From an uncultured Clostridia bacterium (GTDB lineage: Bacteria > Bacillota > Clostridia > Oscillospirales > Ruminococcaceae): DNA of 64,000 bases. Below the pieces are notes generated by a model. That model searched no databases. It saw only the letters and a program-made list of their open reading frames with translations, and had not been told where the DNA came from. The DNA lies in the NCBI GenBank assembly GCA_947589355.1, contig CANPZC010000011.1:7129-71128 (forward strand), read 5' to 3'. This document shows, piece after piece, positions 44,951 to 60,592 of the stretch (position 1 is its first letter; each line of letters begins with the position of its first letter). Both the position numbers and the translations under genes were made by a program.

Positions 44951-44993
44951 GAGGAAAATAAAAACGCAGCGCGACTTTCATCACACTGCGTTT
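44951..44993 (-). terminator. Rho-independent terminator of tuf
   Basis: The minus strand has the stem aaacgcag/ctgcgttt followed by TTATTTTCC. Confidence 0.6.
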
Positions 44994-45010
44994 AGATAGA
45001 TCAGCAAAAA

Positions 45011-46213
45011 TTATTCGTTGATAGCGATAACAACGCCTGAGCCAACTGTTCTGCCGCCCTCACGGATAGCGAAACGAAGACCCTCTTCGATAGCTATCGG
45101 CTGGATAAGCTCAACGTCCATTTCAACGTTGTCGCCGGGCATACACATTTCCTTATCAGCAGGAAGTGTGATAACGCCGGTAACATCGGTAGTTCTGAAA
45201 TAGAACTGCGGTCTGTAGTTGTTGAAGAAAGGAGTATGACGTCCGCCCTCTTCCTTCTTCAGAACGTAAACCTGACCTCTGAACTTGGTGTGGGGGTGAA
45301 TAGAACCCGGCTTGCAGAGTACCTGACCTCTTTCGATCTCGGTTCTCTGGATACCACGGAGAAGTGCGCCTATGTTGTCGCCTGCTTCAGCGTAGTCGAG
45401 TATCTTTCTGAACATTTCGATACCGGTAACAACGGTCTTCTTTCTCTCGTCGGTAAGACCGATTATCTCAACTTCGTCGCCGTTGTTGAGCTGACCTCTC
45501 TCAACTCTGCCGGTTGCAACAGTACCACGACCTGTGATGGTGAATACTTCCTCAACAGGCATAAGGAACGGGAGATCCGACTTACGGTCGGGAGTAGGAA
45601 TGAAGCTGTCAACAGCGTCCATAAGCTCAACGATAGGAGCATATACGGGATCGGTAGGATCGTTGGAATCGGATTCGAGAGCCTGGAGAGCAGAACCCTT
45701 GATGATAGGAGTATCATCGCCGGGGAATTCATACTTGTCAAGCAGTTCTCTGATGTCCATTTCAACGAGTTCGAGAAGTTCGTCGTCGTCAACCTGGTCA
45801 GCCTTGTTCATGAATACAACAATTGCAGGAACGCCAACCTGACGAGCGAGCAGTATGTGCTCTCTTGTCTGAGCCATAGGGCCGTCAGAAGCAGCAACAA
45901 CGAGTATTGCGCCGTCCATCTGAGCAGCACCGGTGATCATGTTCTTTACATAGTCGGCGTGACCCGGGCAGTCAACGTGAGCATAGTGACGGTTCTTGGT
46001 CTCATACTCAACGTGAGCGGTGTTGATCGTTATACCTCTTTCTCTCTCTTCGGGAGCAGAGTCGATGTTGGCATAGTCCTTCTTCTCTGCAAGGCCCTGC
46101 ATAGCGAGAACCTTTGTGATAGCTGCGGTAAGAGTAGTCTTGCCGTGGTCAACGTGACCGATAGTACCAATATTAACGTGCGGCTTGGTACGTTCAAATT
46201 TTGCCTTTGCCAT
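45011..46213 (-). CDS. tuf: elongation factor Tu
   Basis: Sequence [27 protein letters not shown]... Length is 400 aa, and AAGGAGG lies upstream. Confidence 0.98.
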   Translation of the reverse strand: MAKAKFERTKPHVNIGTIGHVDHGKTTLTAAITKVLAMQGLAEKKDYANIDSAPEERERGITINTAHVEYETKNRHYAHVDCPGHADYVKNMITGAAQMDGAILVVAASDGPMAQTREHILLARQVGVPAIVVFMNKADQVDDDELLELVEMDIRELLDKYEFPGDDTPIIKGSALQALESDSNDPTDPVYAPIVELMDAVDSFIPTPDRKSDLPFLMPVEEVFTITGRGTVATGRVERGQLNNGDEVEIIGLTDERKKTVVTGIEMFRKILDYAEAGDNIGALLRGIQRTEIERGQVLCKPGSIHPHTKFRGQVYVLKKEEGGRHTPFFNNYRPQFYFRTTDVTGVITLPADKEMCMPGDNVEMDVELIQPIAIEEGLRFAIREGGRTVGSGVVIAINE

Positions 46214-46315
46214 TGGATTTTCCTCCTTAAATTTCAAGTTTATGATCTCTGTCGATAAAATACATTATCTACATTATAACAGATTGATTTACAAAATGCA
46301 AGTCCGAATTGAAAA

Positions 46316-48403
46316 TTATTCTTCGTCGCCTTTATTTCTCGTAGAGATTATCTTCTCCGCGATGTTCTTAGGAACCTGCGTATAGCTGTGCGGTTCCATA
46401 GTATAGTTGCCTCTGCCCTGCGTTTTGGATCTGAGGTCGTTGGAGTAACCGAACATTTCGGAAAGCGGAACGAGCGAATCTACCTGCGCTGTGCCGTTGT
46501 TTACTTCCTGACCGAGTATCTGACCGCGCCTTGAGTTGAGGTCGCCTATTACCGTACCCATAAAGTCTTCGGGAACAAATACCGAAACTTTCATTATAGG
46601 CTCGAGTATAACAGCTGCGCCCTTTCTCATAGCCTCTTTGAACGCCATAGAACCAGCGATAGAGAACGCCATTTCGGACGAGTCAACTTCGTGGTAAGAG
46701 CCGTCGTAAAGAGTTACCTTTACGTCAACTACCTGATAGCCTGCCAGAACGCCTGCTTTCATAGCTCCCTGAATACCCTTGTCAACAGCAGGGATATATT
46801 CCTTGGGGATAGCGCCGCCGACAACCGAGTTTATAAACTCATAGCCCTTGCCGGATTCGTTAGGCTCTACTTTGATCTTAACATGACCGTACTGACCTTT
46901 ACCGCCCGACTGTCTGGCGTACTTATGGTCAACGTCAGCCATTTTTGTGATAGTTTCCTTATAAGCAACCTGAGGCGCGCCTACGTTTGCTTCTACCTTA
47001 AACTCACGCAGCATTCTGTCAACGATTATTTCAAGGTGAAGTTCGCCCATACCTGCAATAATGGTCTGACCTGTTTCTTCGTCTGTCCATGTTCTGAAAG
47101 TCGGGTCTTCTTCTGCAAGCTTTGAAAGCGCGATACCCATTTTCTCCTGACCTGCTTTGGTCTTAGGCTCGATAGCCAGCTGTATAACAGGTTCTGGAAA
47201 TTCCATAGATTCGAGGATAACGGGATTTTTCTCATCACACAGCGTATCGCCGGTGGTGGTATTTTTCAGACCTACCGCAGCAGCGATATCTCCCGAATAA
47301 ACTCTTTCAATATCCTTTCTGTGGTTTGAGTGCATCTGAACTATACGTCCTATTCTTTCCTCTTTATCCTTGGTAGCGTTATAAACGCCGCTGCCTGCAT
47401 CGAGCACACCCGAATAAACTCTGAAGAAGCACAGTTTACCAACAAACGGGTCTGTAGCTATCTTGAATGCCAAAGCTGCAAACGGCGCTTCGTCGGAAGA
47501 CGGTCTTGTGCATTCTTCGCCTGTTTCGGGGTTTACGCCCTTTATATCGGGTACATCTGTAGGTGCGGGCATATAGTCGATTATAGCATCGAGCAGCTTC
47601 TGCACGCCCTTGTTTCTGTACGAAGTACCACAGGTAACGGGTACCATTGTATTAGCAATAGTAGATTTTCTTATGCAGGTCTTTATCTCATCTATAGAAA
47701 GTGTACCCTCTTCAAAGTATTTTTCCATAAGAGCTTCGTCCTGCTCTGCAACGTGCTCTACCATTTCATCGTGATACTTCTGAGCGAGCTCTTTCATATC
47801 CTCGGGTATCTCTTCAACTCTTATATCCTTGCCGAGGTCATCGTAATAAACATACGCTTTCATCTCAACAAGGTCTATGATACCTTTGAAAGTATCTTCC
47901 GAGCCGATAGGGAGCTGTATGGGAACAGCGTTGCATTTCAGTCTGGTGTGAAGCATTTCAAGAACTCTGTAAAAATCAGCGCCCATAATGTCCATTTTGT
48001 TTACATAAACAAGTCTGGGAACTTTATAGTTGTTAGCCTGACGCCAAACCGTTTCTGTCTGCGGTTCAACACCGCCCTTAGCGCAAAGCACCGTTACCGA
48101 ACCGTCAAGAACTCTGAGAGAACGTTCAACTTCAACAGTAAAGTCAACGTGACCCGGGGTATCTATTATGTTCAGTCTGTGACCTTTCCAGTAGCAGGTG
48201 GTAGCAGCCGAAGTAATGGTTATACCTCTTTCCTGCTCCTGCTCCATCCAGTCCATGGTGGCTGCGCCGTCGTGTGTTTCACCTATTTTATGATTGATAC
48301 CGGTATAAAACAGGATACGTTCGGTAGTAGTAGTCTTACCGGCATCGATGTGCGCCATAATACCGATATTTCTGGTATTCTGCAATGAACACTCTCTTGC
48401 CAT
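46316..48403 (-). CDS. fusA: elongation factor G
   Basis: Sequence [17 protein letters not shown] and DTPGHVDF. Length is 695 aa. Confidence 0.98.
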   Translation of the reverse strand: MARECSLQNTRNIGIMAHIDAGKTTTTERILFYTGINHKIGETHDGAATMDWMEQEQERGITITSAATTCYWKGHRLNIIDTPGHVDFTVEVERSLRVLDGSVTVLCAKGGVEPQTETVWRQANNYKVPRLVYVNKMDIMGADFYRVLEMLHTRLKCNAVPIQLPIGSEDTFKGIIDLVEMKAYVYYDDLGKDIRVEEIPEDMKELAQKYHDEMVEHVAEQDEALMEKYFEEGTLSIDEIKTCIRKSTIANTMVPVTCGTSYRNKGVQKLLDAIIDYMPAPTDVPDIKGVNPETGEECTRPSSDEAPFAALAFKIATDPFVGKLCFFRVYSGVLDAGSGVYNATKDKEERIGRIVQMHSNHRKDIERVYSGDIAAAVGLKNTTTGDTLCDEKNPVILESMEFPEPVIQLAIEPKTKAGQEKMGIALSKLAEEDPTFRTWTDEETGQTIIAGMGELHLEIIVDRMLREFKVEANVGAPQVAYKETITKMADVDHKYARQSGGKGQYGHVKIKVEPNESGKGYEFINSVVGGAIPKEYIPAVDKGIQGAMKAGVLAGYQVVDVKVTLYDGSYHEVDSSEMAFSIAGSMAFKEAMRKGAAVILEPIMKVSVFVPEDFMGTVIGDLNSRRGQILGQEVNNGTAQVDSLVPLSEMFGYSNDLRSKTQGRGNYTMEPHSYTQVPKNIAEKIISTRNKGDEE

Positions 48404-48418
48404 AGTTTCCTCCTGTTA

Positions 48419-48889
48419 TTACCATCTGTAGTGTGCGAAAGCCTTGTTGGCTTCTGCCATTTTGTGAGTATCCTCACGTTTCTTGACTGAGCCGCCGACG
48501 CCGTTAACGGCATCGAGTATCTCGTTTGCCAGTCTTTCTTTCATTGTCTGCTCGTTTCTCAGACGCGCATACTTGGTTATCCATCTCAGTCCCAATGTCT
48601 GACGTCTTTCGGGACGCACCTCCATAGGCACCTGATATGTTGCACCGCCTACACGGCGTGCCTTTACTTCAAGGCTGGGCATGATGTTTTCCATTGCTGC
48701 CTCAAACATTTCAAGAGCAGGCTTGCCCGACTTTTCCTCAACTATCTCAAATGCGCCGTAAACTATCTTCTGTGCAACGCCCTTCTTGCCGTCGAGCATT
48801 ATGTTGTTTACAAGTCTTGTAACGAGCTTTGAGTTGTATACAGGATCGAGCAGAACGTCTCTCTTTGCAACTTTACCTCTTCTAGGCAC
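48419..48889 (-). CDS. rpsG: 30S ribosomal protein S7
   Basis: A GTG start gives (M)[12 protein letters not shown]..., with AAGGAGGG 7 nt upstream. Length is 156 aa. Confidence 0.95.
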   Translation of the reverse strand: MPRRGKVAKRDVLLDPVYNSKLVTRLVNNIMLDGKKGVAQKIVYGAFEIVEEKSGKPALEMFEAAMENIMPSLEVKARRVGGATYQVPMEVRPERRQTLGLRWITKYARLRNEQTMKERLANEILDAVNGVGGSVKKREDTHKMAEANKAFAHYRW

Positions 48890-49074
48890 TATAATTCCCT
48901 CCTTCATTAAATGATGAATTCATAGGTACTCGCTCGGCTCCTCACAGCTTTGTGCTGCTTATAGCCGCCCCGTCAGCGCTTGCAGAGGTCAATATATATC
49001 AACACTCCACATTCACTGTGGTCTCCGCGCTTTTAACGCGGCAATGAGTTTCTCATGATATTTCTTTGAGCTTT

Positions 49075-49500
49075 TTACTTGGCTGCTCCTGCCTTGGGTC
49101 TCTTTGCGCCGTACTTGGAACGTGCCTGCATTCTCTTGGCAACGCCCTGAGCGTCAAGCGTTCCTCTTATGATGTGATAACGCACACCGGGGAGATCCTT
49201 TACACGTCCGCCTCTGATAAGAACAACAGAGTGCTCCTGGAGGTTGTGACCTATACCCGGGATATACGCCGTCACCTCGTTGCCGTTGGTAAGTCTTACT
49301 CTGGCAATTTTACGCATAGCAGAGTTAGGCTTCTTCGGCGTAGCAGTTCTTACCGCTGTGCAAACGCCTCTCTTCTGGGGGCAGCTCTGGTCGATAGCTA
49401 TCTTCTTCTTGGAGTTGTAGCCCTTCTGGAGTGCGGGGGCGGTAGACTTTACTGCGAGTACGTCTCTTCCCTTGCGAACCAACTGATTAAAGGTCGGCAT
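49075..49500 (-). CDS. rpsL: 30S ribosomal protein S12
   Basis: Sequence [12 protein letters not shown]...PKKPNSA.RK. Length is 141 aa. Confidence 0.97.
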   Translation of the reverse strand: MPTFNQLVRKGRDVLAVKSTAPALQKGYNSKKKIAIDQSCPQKRGVCTAVRTATPKKPNSAMRKIARVRLTNGNEVTAYIPGIGHNLQEHSVVLIRGGRVKDLPGVRYHIIRGTLDAQGVAKRMQARSKYGAKRPKAGAAK

Positions 49501-49574
49501 AATTTCTCTCCTTTCCTCAAAAATTTATGCGCGCCCTGCCTGCAAAAGCAGACAATACGTCAGCATACCCTATT

Positions 49575-49603
49575 ATTATATAATAGTTTTTGGCTTTTGT
49601 CAA
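49575..49603 (-). promoter_or_regulatory. consensus SigA promoter for rpsL-rpsG-fusA-tuf
   Basis: On the minus strand: TTGACA, 17 nt, TATAAT. Confidence 0.7.
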
Positions 49604-49667
49604 TACATTTATTCCCGAAATCCTGCATAAAAATGTAAGTTTTATTGCCCTTGCCTTGCACAAATAC

Positions 49668-49706
49668 GTAAAAAACGGGGCGCTCACCGCATAATGAACG
49701 CCCCCC
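49668..49706 (-). terminator. Rho-independent terminator of rpoC
   Basis: The minus strand has the stem ggggcg/cgcccc followed by GTTTTTTAC. Confidence 0.55.
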
Positions 49707-49719
49707 TAGCCTTAAGTTT

Positions 49720-53793
<4,074 letters not shown>

Positions 53794-53846
53794 ATTGCGA
53801 ACCCTCTTTCTGATCTGATCATCGACATAACGTCGTGCTTATGATA

Positions 53847-56800
53847 TTATTCTTCGTCAATATCTCCGTCCTGACCATCGTCTTCGTCCGAAAGGAAATC
53901 GTCTTCGTCGTCTTCATCGTCGATATAATCGTCATCGCCCTCGGCATCGTCGTATTCTTCAAGTCCGTCGTCGAAATCTTCAAGATCATCGGCATCAACG
54001 TACTGATCACCCGTGCCGTCATCTACAAACGATACTTCATCGCTTATTACAGACTCACGCGGAGGAATATCATCATCGTCAAAGCTCTGCTTTATGTCGA
54101 TCTCCTCGTTGTTTTCGTCAAGCACTTTCATGTTAAGGCAAAGCGACTGCATTTCCTTTATCAGTACCTTGAACGATTCGGGTATGCCTGCCTTAGGCAC
54201 GTTCTGACCCTTGACTATAGCTTCGTAGGTCTTTACTCTGCCCACGGTATCGTCCGACTTCACCGTCAGTATCTCCTGAAGCGTGTAAGCCGCGCCGTAT
54301 GCTTCCAGAGCCCATACTTCCATTTCACCGAATCTTTGTCCGCCGAACTGCGCTTTACCGCCGAGCGGCTGCTGAGTTACCAGCGAATAAGGACCTACCG
54401 AACGCGCGTGTATCTTATCGTCAACAAGGTGGTGGAGTTTAAGATAATACATATAACCTACAGTTATGCGGTTATCGAACTTCTCGCCCGTTCTTCCATC
54501 GTAAAGCACCGTCTTGCCGTCTTCGGGCAGACCTGCTTCGCGGAAACATTCTCTTATATCAGCCTCATGCGCGCCGTCAAATACAGGCGTCATGATGTTC
54601 CAGCCGAGTTTCTTTGCAGCCATGCCGAGATGTACTTCAAGCACCTGACCGATATTCATACGCGACGGAACGCCGAGGGGGTTTAGGCATATATCAAGCG
54701 GTGTGCCGTCTTCCAAAAACGGCATATCCTCCTGCGGCAGTATGCGTGAAACAACGCCCTTGTTGCCGTGGCGGCCCGCCATTTTGTCGCCGACCGATAT
54801 TTTACGCTTCTGCGCGATATAGCACCTTACCAGCTTGTTTACGCCCGGTGCAAGCTCATCGCAGTTATCTCTTGTAAATATCTTGACGTCTATAATAACG
54901 CCTGCCTCGCCGTGCGGAACTTTAAGAGAGCTGTCTCTTACTTCTCTTGCTTTCTCGCCGAATACCGCTCTGAGCAGTCTTTCCTCGGCGGTAAGCTCTG
55001 TTTCGCCCTTAGGCGTTACCTTGCCTACCAAAATATCGCCCGCTCTTACCTCAGCGCCTATTCTGATTATACCGTTCTCATCGAGGTCTTTCAGCGCATC
55101 GTCGCCAACGTTCGGTATATCTCTTGTTATCTCTTCCGCGCCGAGCTTTGTATCGCGGCATTCTATCTCATATTCTTCTATATGGATAGAAGTATACTTA
55201 TCCTGCTTTACAAGGTTCTCATTGAGCAGAACAGCGTCTTCGTAGTTGTAACCCTCCCATGTCATGAAGCCTATAAGGGCATTCTTGCCGAGAGATATCT
55301 CACCGTTGCAGGTGGCAGGGCCGTCTGCTATTACCTGATGAGCCTCTATCCTTTCGCCCTTGTCAACTATAGGTCTTTGGTTGGTGCAAGTGCCTGCGTT
55401 GGATCTCTTGAACTTGATAAGGTCGTAGGTGTGCTGTTCGCCGCTGTCCTCGCGTACTACTATCTTGTCAGCGCTTACGCTCTCAACAACGCCTGCCGCG
55501 GTAGAAACCACCGCAACGCCCGAATCGAGGCACGCTTTATACTCCATACCCGTGCCGACTATAGGGGCTTCCGTTTTCAGCAGAGGCACTGCCTGCCTTT
55601 GCATATTAGAGCCCATAAGCGCACGGTTCGCGTCATCGTTTTCCAAAAACGGTATCATAGCAGTTGCAACTGATACGACCATCTTCGGCGATACGTCCAT
55701 GAAGTCTATCTTGTTTTTGTCTATTTCAAGTATCTGGTCACGGAAACGACCCTTTACCTTGTCGTTTGCAAATTTGCCGTCCTCGGTAAGCGGTTCGTTA
55801 GCCTGCGCTATCATATAGTTATCCTCTGTATCGGCTGTCATATAAACAACTTCGTCGGTAACTACGCCCGTTTCCTTGTCAACACGGCGGTAAGGCGCTT
55901 CTATAAATCCGTACTTGTTTATCCTTGCAAACGAAGCAAGATAGGATATAAGTCCTATATTAGGGCCTTCCGGAGTTTCTATCGGACACATTCTTCCGTA
56001 ATGGGAATAGTGTACGTCACGAACTTCAAATCCTGCTCTGTCACGAGAAAGACCGCCGGGGCCCAAAGCCGAAAGTCTTCTCTTATGAGTAAGCTCCGCA
56101 AGGGGGTTTGTCTGATCCATGAACTGCGAGAGCGGCGATGATCCGAAAAACTCCTTTATCGCAGCTGTTATAGGCTTTATATTTATCAGCGATGCAGGTG
56201 TCAGAGAGACCGCGTCCTGCGTCTGAATATTCATTCTTTCGCGAACTACCTTTTCCATTCTGGTAAAGCCTATCCTGAACTGGTTCTGCAAAAGCTCACC
56301 CACGCATCTTATACGTCTGTTGCCCAGGTGGTCTATGTCGTCAACATCGCCCACGCCGTCTATAAGATTGAGATAATAAGAGATAGAAGCTATAATATCA
56401 TCTACCGTTATATGCTTTGGAACAAGGTCGTCAGCACGTCTCTTTATCTCATCAATAAGCTCGTCCGCCTCGGTGTTTTCAAGTATCTCTTTCAGCACCG
56501 GGAACGATACCTTTTCATTTATTCCGTAAGGTTCAAGGTCGCCCTCAACATAGCCGTTTATATCGACCATGCCGTTGCCTATTATCTTTACTTCCTTGGT
56601 CTCTGTCTTCAGTACCAGCTCACCTGCGGCGTTGGGGTAGTATTCCTTTACTTCAACGTTTACATACGCTTCCATAACGCCTGCCTGCTCTATTTCCTGA
56701 GCAAGCTTTTTGTCAACGGTGTCGCCCGCATCAGCCATAAGTTCGCCCGTCATGCTGTTTACAACGGGTCTTGAAAGCTTTTTGCCTGCAAGTCTCTGCG

Positions 56801-57668
56801 CTATGCCGAGCTTTTTGTTGTACTTGTATCTTCCGAACCTGCAAAGGTCATATCTCTTGGCATCAAAGAACAGATTGTTAAGGTGTGTCTGAGCGCTTTC
56901 AACTGTCGGCGGTTCACCCGGACGAAGCTTTCTGTATATCTCAAGCAAAGCCTCGTTGCGGAAAGTCTCCGAGTCGGGATATATCTCGGCATCACGCTGC
57001 AAAATTGTCTGCTCCAGCCTCTCGTCATTGCCGAAAAGTTCTGCTATCTCATCGTTAGAGCCATAGCCCAGCGCTCTTATAAATACGGTAAGGGGTATCT
57101 TTCTGTTTTTGTCTATACGCACCCACGTGCAGCGGTTGGCGTCCATTTCGTATTCAAGCCATGCGCCTCTGTTAGGTATTATCTGCGACTTGAACAGATC
57201 CGTACCCGACTTATCCTTATCGCATGAAAAATACACGCCCGGCGAACGCACCAGCTGCGATACCACAACACGCTCCGCGCCGTTTATAACGAACGTGCCG
57301 CTGTCGGTCATCAGAGGGAAATCGCCCATGAATACTTCCGACTTGATAAGGCTGCCCGTTTCGGTGTTTCTCAGCTGTGTTTCCACCATAAGTTTTGCGG
57401 CATAGGTAACGTCTCTTTCCTTGCACTCCGCTATGGTATATTTCAGCTTGTCGTCAAAACGGAAGTTTGTAAAGGTAAGCTCAAAAGTACCGTTATAGTC
57501 CGTTATAACGGGCATATCGCGGAATACCTCCCTCAGACCCTCCGTAATAAACCAATTATACGAATTTTTCTGCACTTCGATAAGGTTGGGCATTTCAAGT
57601 ACCTCATTGATCTTAGCGAAGCTTTTTCGCACATTCTTGCCAAGTGTTACGTCCTTGACATTCACCAT
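53847..57668 (-). CDS. rpoB: DNA-directed RNA polymerase subunit beta (1273 aa, polyacidic C-terminal tail)
   Basis: The start is [10 protein letters not shown], with AAGGAGTGA upstream. Conserved blocks include [13 protein letters not shown]. The C-terminal ~80 aa are almost all D/E. Confidence 0.97.
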   Translation of the reverse strand: MVNVKDVTLGKNVRKSFAKINEVLEMPNLIEVQKNSYNWFITEGLREVFRDMPVITDYNGTFELTFTNFRFDDKLKYTIAECKERDVTYAAKLMVETQLRNTETGSLIKSEVFMGDFPLMTDSGTFVINGAERVVVSQLVRSPGVYFSCDKDKSGTDLFKSQIIPNRGAWLEYEMDANRCTWVRIDKNRKIPLTVFIRALGYGSNDEIAELFGNDERLEQTILQRDAEIYPDSETFRNEALLEIYRKLRPGEPPTVESAQTHLNNLFFDAKRYDLCRFGRYKYNKKLGIAQRLAGKKLSRPVVNSMTGELMADAGDTVDKKLAQEIEQAGVMEAYVNVEVKEYYPNAAGELVLKTETKEVKIIGNGMVDINGYVEGDLEPYGINEKVSFPVLKEILENTEADELIDEIKRRADDLVPKHITVDDIIASISYYLNLIDGVGDVDDIDHLGNRRIRCVGELLQNQFRIGFTRMEKVVRERMNIQTQDAVSLTPASLINIKPITAAIKEFFGSSPLSQFMDQTNPLAELTHKRRLSALGPGGLSRDRAGFEVRDVHYSHYGRMCPIETPEGPNIGLISYLASFARINKYGFIEAPYRRVDKETGVVTDEVVYMTADTEDNYMIAQANEPLTEDGKFANDKVKGRFRDQILEIDKNKIDFMDVSPKMVVSVATAMIPFLENDDANRALMGSNMQRQAVPLLKTEAPIVGTGMEYKACLDSGVAVVSTAAGVVESVSADKIVVREDSGEQHTYDLIKFKRSNAGTCTNQRPIVDKGERIEAHQVIADGPATCNGEISLGKNALIGFMTWEGYNYEDAVLLNENLVKQDKYTSIHIEEYEIECRDTKLGAEEITRDIPNVGDDALKDLDENGIIRIGAEVRAGDILVGKVTPKGETELTAEERLLRAVFGEKAREVRDSSLKVPHGEAGVIIDVKIFTRDNCDELAPGVNKLVRCYIAQKRKISVGDKMAGRHGNKGVVSRILPQEDMPFLEDGTPLDICLNPLGVPSRMNIGQVLEVHLGMAAKKLGWNIMTPVFDGAHEADIRECFREAGLPEDGKTVLYDGRTGEKFDNRITVGYMYYLKLHHLVDDKIHARSVGPYSLVTQQPLGGKAQFGGQRFGEMEVWALEAYGAAYTLQEILTVKSDDTVGRVKTYEAIVKGQNVPKAGIPESFKVLIKEMQSLCLNMKVLDENNEEIDIKQSFDDDDIPPRESVISDEVSFVDDGTGDQYVDADDLEDFDDGLEEYDDAEGDDDYIDDEDDEDDFLSDEDDGQDGDIDEE

Positions 57669-57760
57669 AGGCTGATCACTCCTTACATTAGATTTATGGT
57701 TTAGACCGCGGCATATTTTTCGCCGCAAGGTGCTAATTTTCCATTATAATACATTGTACA

Positions 57761-57789
57761 ATTATATAATAATACCTATTTCAAGTCAA
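57761..57789 (-). promoter_or_regulatory. near-consensus SigA promoter for rpoB-rpoC
   Basis: On the minus strand: TTGACT, 17 nt, TATAAT. Confidence 0.65.
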
Positions 57790-57820
57790 GCAATAAAGCC
57801 ATGATTTTTCGCCGAATTAG

Positions 57821-57854
57821 CAAAACAACCATATTTCCCTCTCGGAAAGTATGG
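57821..57854 (-). terminator. Rho-independent terminator of the comM/yifB gene
   Basis: The minus strand has the stem ccatactttcc/ggaaatatgg followed by TTGTTTTG. Confidence 0.6.
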
Positions 57855-57918
57855 TCGCATAGAAATTTTGCACAATCAAGATTTTGTAAAATTTTCGTAA
57901 ATTGATTATATAATTTTC

Positions 57919-59451
57919 TCAATTCCAGTATTTGCGGTCAAGGCTTCTGTACTGAACAGCCTGCGCGATGTGGCTTTTTTCAATAACATCTTTGCCCTCC
58001 ATATCCGCAATAGTTCGCGCAACTTTCAGTATCCTGTCATACGCCCTCGCCGAAAGACCCAGCTTGTCAAACACATTTTTTAAAAGTTCGCTGCCGTCGT
58101 CCGAAACGGGGCAAACCTCATGCAGAATGTCGGAAGTTATCCGCGCGTTGCAGGTAATGCTCGTGCCTTTGTAACGTCTGTTTTGTATCTCGCGCGCTTT
58201 CTGCACCCTTTCGCGTATTGCAGCCGAGTTTTCTTCTTTGGTGGTCGAGGAAAGGTCATCATAATCCACAGGCGCAACTTCAATATGTATGTCAAATCTG
58301 TCAAGCACAGGGCCGCTCACTTTTGAAAGATAATTCGCCACCTGTTTTTGCGTGCATATGCACTTTTTTGTCGGGTGACCATAATAACCGCAGGGGCATG
58401 GGTTCATAGCGGCTATCAGCATTATCGAGCATGGGTATGTTATGCTGCCCGATACCCTTGAAATGGTAACTTTCTGATCTTCCAGCGGCTGGCGAAGTAT
58501 CTCCAGCGTCGCGCGTGAAAATTCCGCAAGTTCGTCTAAAAACAGCAGCCCGTTGTGCGCAAGCGAAATCTCCCCCGGGCGCGGCACCGAGCCTCCTCCG
58601 CTTAAGCCCGCAGGCGAAATGGTGTGGTGCGGCGAACGGAAAGGTCTTTTGGTTATCAGCGGCGTTTTCGGGTCAAGTATGCCGGAAATGCTGTGGATAT
58701 TCGTAGTTTCTATGCTTTCTTCAAAAGTCATTTTAGGCAGTATCGAGGGCATACGCTTTGCCAGCATACTTTTGCCTGCGCCGGGCGCGCCCACCATAAG
58801 CACGTTGTGACCGCCGCACGCAGCTATCTCCAACGCCTTTTTCGCCGTCTGCTGACCTTTTACATCTGCAAAATCAAGATCCGAATAATAGTCTGTATCC
58901 TTTGCCTCATACTTGTCCATAGGTTTCAGCGCAACTTTGCCGCAAAGGTGCATGACCATCTCGCCCAGAGAGTTCACGCCGTACACCTTTATATCTTCAA
59001 CTACAGATGCTTCAAACGCGTTCGCGGCAGGCACATAAATTTCCGTCATGCCTATGCTTTTTGCAAGTATGGTCATCGGCAGAACGCCGTTTACGCCCCT
59101 TATCTCACCGCCGAGCGATACCTCGCCTATAAACGCCGACTTTTCCACCCTGCTCTCGGAGAACAGCCCCTGCACGGTCATTATCGCCGCCGCAATAGAA
59201 AGGTCATGCACCGAGCCTGATTTTTTCACATCGGCAGGCGCAAGGTTTATCATTATCCTCTGCTTCGGAAAGGGTATCTGCGTTGAGCGAAACGCGCTTT
59301 TTATCCTCTCGCGGCTCTCTTTTACAGCCACGTCCGCAAGGCCTACAATATCTAAGCTTTCAAGCCCCCTGCTTGCCTCTATCTCAACATACACGGGGTA
59401 TGCGTTAAGCCCCAGAAGCCCTATGCTGTTTATTTTTGCAAACATTTTCAC
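57919..59451 (-). CDS. comM: YifB/ComM-family Mg-chelatase-like AAA ATPase
   Basis: It has an N-terminal Lon-protease-like domain, Walker A GAPGAGKS and the C-terminal ChlI-like motif LDRFD. Length is 510 aa. Confidence 0.9.
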   Translation of the reverse strand: MKMFAKINSIGLLGLNAYPVYVEIEASRGLESLDIVGLADVAVKESRERIKSAFRSTQIPFPKQRIMINLAPADVKKSGSVHDLSIAAAIMTVQGLFSESRVEKSAFIGEVSLGGEIRGVNGVLPMTILAKSIGMTEIYVPAANAFEASVVEDIKVYGVNSLGEMVMHLCGKVALKPMDKYEAKDTDYYSDLDFADVKGQQTAKKALEIAACGGHNVLMVGAPGAGKSMLAKRMPSILPKMTFEESIETTNIHSISGILDPKTPLITKRPFRSPHHTISPAGLSGGGSVPRPGEISLAHNGLLFLDELAEFSRATLEILRQPLEDQKVTISRVSGSITYPCSIMLIAAMNPCPCGYYGHPTKKCICTQKQVANYLSKVSGPVLDRFDIHIEVAPVDYDDLSSTTKEENSAAIRERVQKAREIQNRRYKGTSITCNARITSDILHEVCPVSDDGSELLKNVFDKLGLSARAYDRILKVARTIADMEGKDVIEKSHIAQAVQYRSLDRKYWN

Positions 59452-60393
59452 TCACTCCGTTTCAGCTATGGTGTTAATCCGGTCAAGCACATCTTTGTAA
59501 ACTTCAAGGCGGTTTGTTTCGTTCAGCATCTCGTGCCTGCCGCCCTCGTATAATTTCAAAGAAACATTGCAGCCGCACGCCAGAAGTTTTTCATACACCT
59601 CTTTAACGCCCTCTCCCCAGTTTCCCACAGGGTCTTCGCTTCCCGAAAACATAAATATCGGCATATCTTTGCGAACTGCGATATACCATTCATCTCTGTT
59701 CACATAGCCGCTAAGTTTGGCAAGATTTATAAAACCGTTCAGCGTAAACATATCAACATATTTTTCATCAGATAGAAATTCTATGATTTTATCGTGATCG
59801 TGCGTAAGCCAGTCAGACTGAGTTTTGGGCTCTGCAATATGTGAATTATACTTGCCGAACGCTAAGTCGTCTGCCAGCTTGCTGCGGTATCTGTCGCCCT
59901 TTGCGGCAGCCATCGTCTCTAAAAACGCAAGCTGCGCCGTAAGTGCAGGCATACCCGTGCCCGTGCCCGAAAATATCACCGCATCAATTTTAGAGCCGAA
60001 TTTCACAGCCGCCGCCCTTGCAACAAAACTTCCCATGCTGTGACCCAGCATAATATACGGCAGGTGCGGAAAACTATTTTTGCCGATGTTCATCATGGTG
60101 CGGCAGTCGGCTATCATATCGCGCCAGCCGTTCGGGGTGTAAAAGTAGCCCTTGTCCTCGCTGTTTTTTACAGAATTTCCGTGCCCTATATGGTCGCAGC
60201 CGAAAACCGCTATGCCGTTTGCGCAGAGAAAGTCTGCAAATTCCTCGTACCTTTCAATAAATTCGCTCATGCCGTGTACTATCTGCAAAGCCGCCCTCGC
60301 TCTTTCAGGCGGCGTGTATATATAATAAGCAATATCAGAAATACCGTTTGAACTTTTAAAGTTGCCCACGGTCTTTTTGTAACATTTTTCCAT
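59452..60393 (-). CDS. alpha/beta hydrolase (lysophospholipase / monoacylglycerol lipase-like)
   Basis: It has the nucleophile elbow GHSMGS. The start is MEKCYKK, with GGAGGTG upstream. The stop abuts the comM start. Confidence 0.85.
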   Translation of the reverse strand: MEKCYKKTVGNFKSSNGISDIAYYIYTPPERARAALQIVHGMSEFIERYEEFADFLCANGIAVFGCDHIGHGNSVKNSEDKGYFYTPNGWRDMIADCRTMMNIGKNSFPHLPYIMLGHSMGSFVARAAAVKFGSKIDAVIFSGTGTGMPALTAQLAFLETMAAAKGDRYRSKLADDLAFGKYNSHIAEPKTQSDWLTHDHDKIIEFLSDEKYVDMFTLNGFINLAKLSGYVNRDEWYIAVRKDMPIFMFSGSEDPVGNWGEGVKEVYEKLLACGCNVSLKLYEGGRHEMLNETNRLEVYKDVLDRINTIAETE

Positions 60394-60483
60394 ATGTGCA
60401 CCTCCATACATATATATTGTAACGCATTTTTCGCCGCATTACAAGTCTTATGCAAAAATATCACCCAAAATTTAAAAATCCTC

Positions 60484-60512
60484 TTGCAAGTTTTGAAGAT
60501 TGCTGTTATAAT
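60484..60512 (+). promoter_or_regulatory. SigA-type promoter for the phosphosugar mutase gene
   Basis: TTGCAA, 17 nt, TATAAT. Confidence 0.65.
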
Positions 60513-60592
60513 GTTATTAGGTGTTTTTATACTGAAATTTCAAAACGGCTTTGCCACGGCTTAGCCGTAATAATAACAGGGAGGCTAATTTT

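Noticed and set aside
53847-54116. Acidic tail of rpoB as a separate small gene or frameshift product
   Set aside because: The frame is continuous with the conserved RpoB core. There is no internal start/RBS and no stop until 53847.
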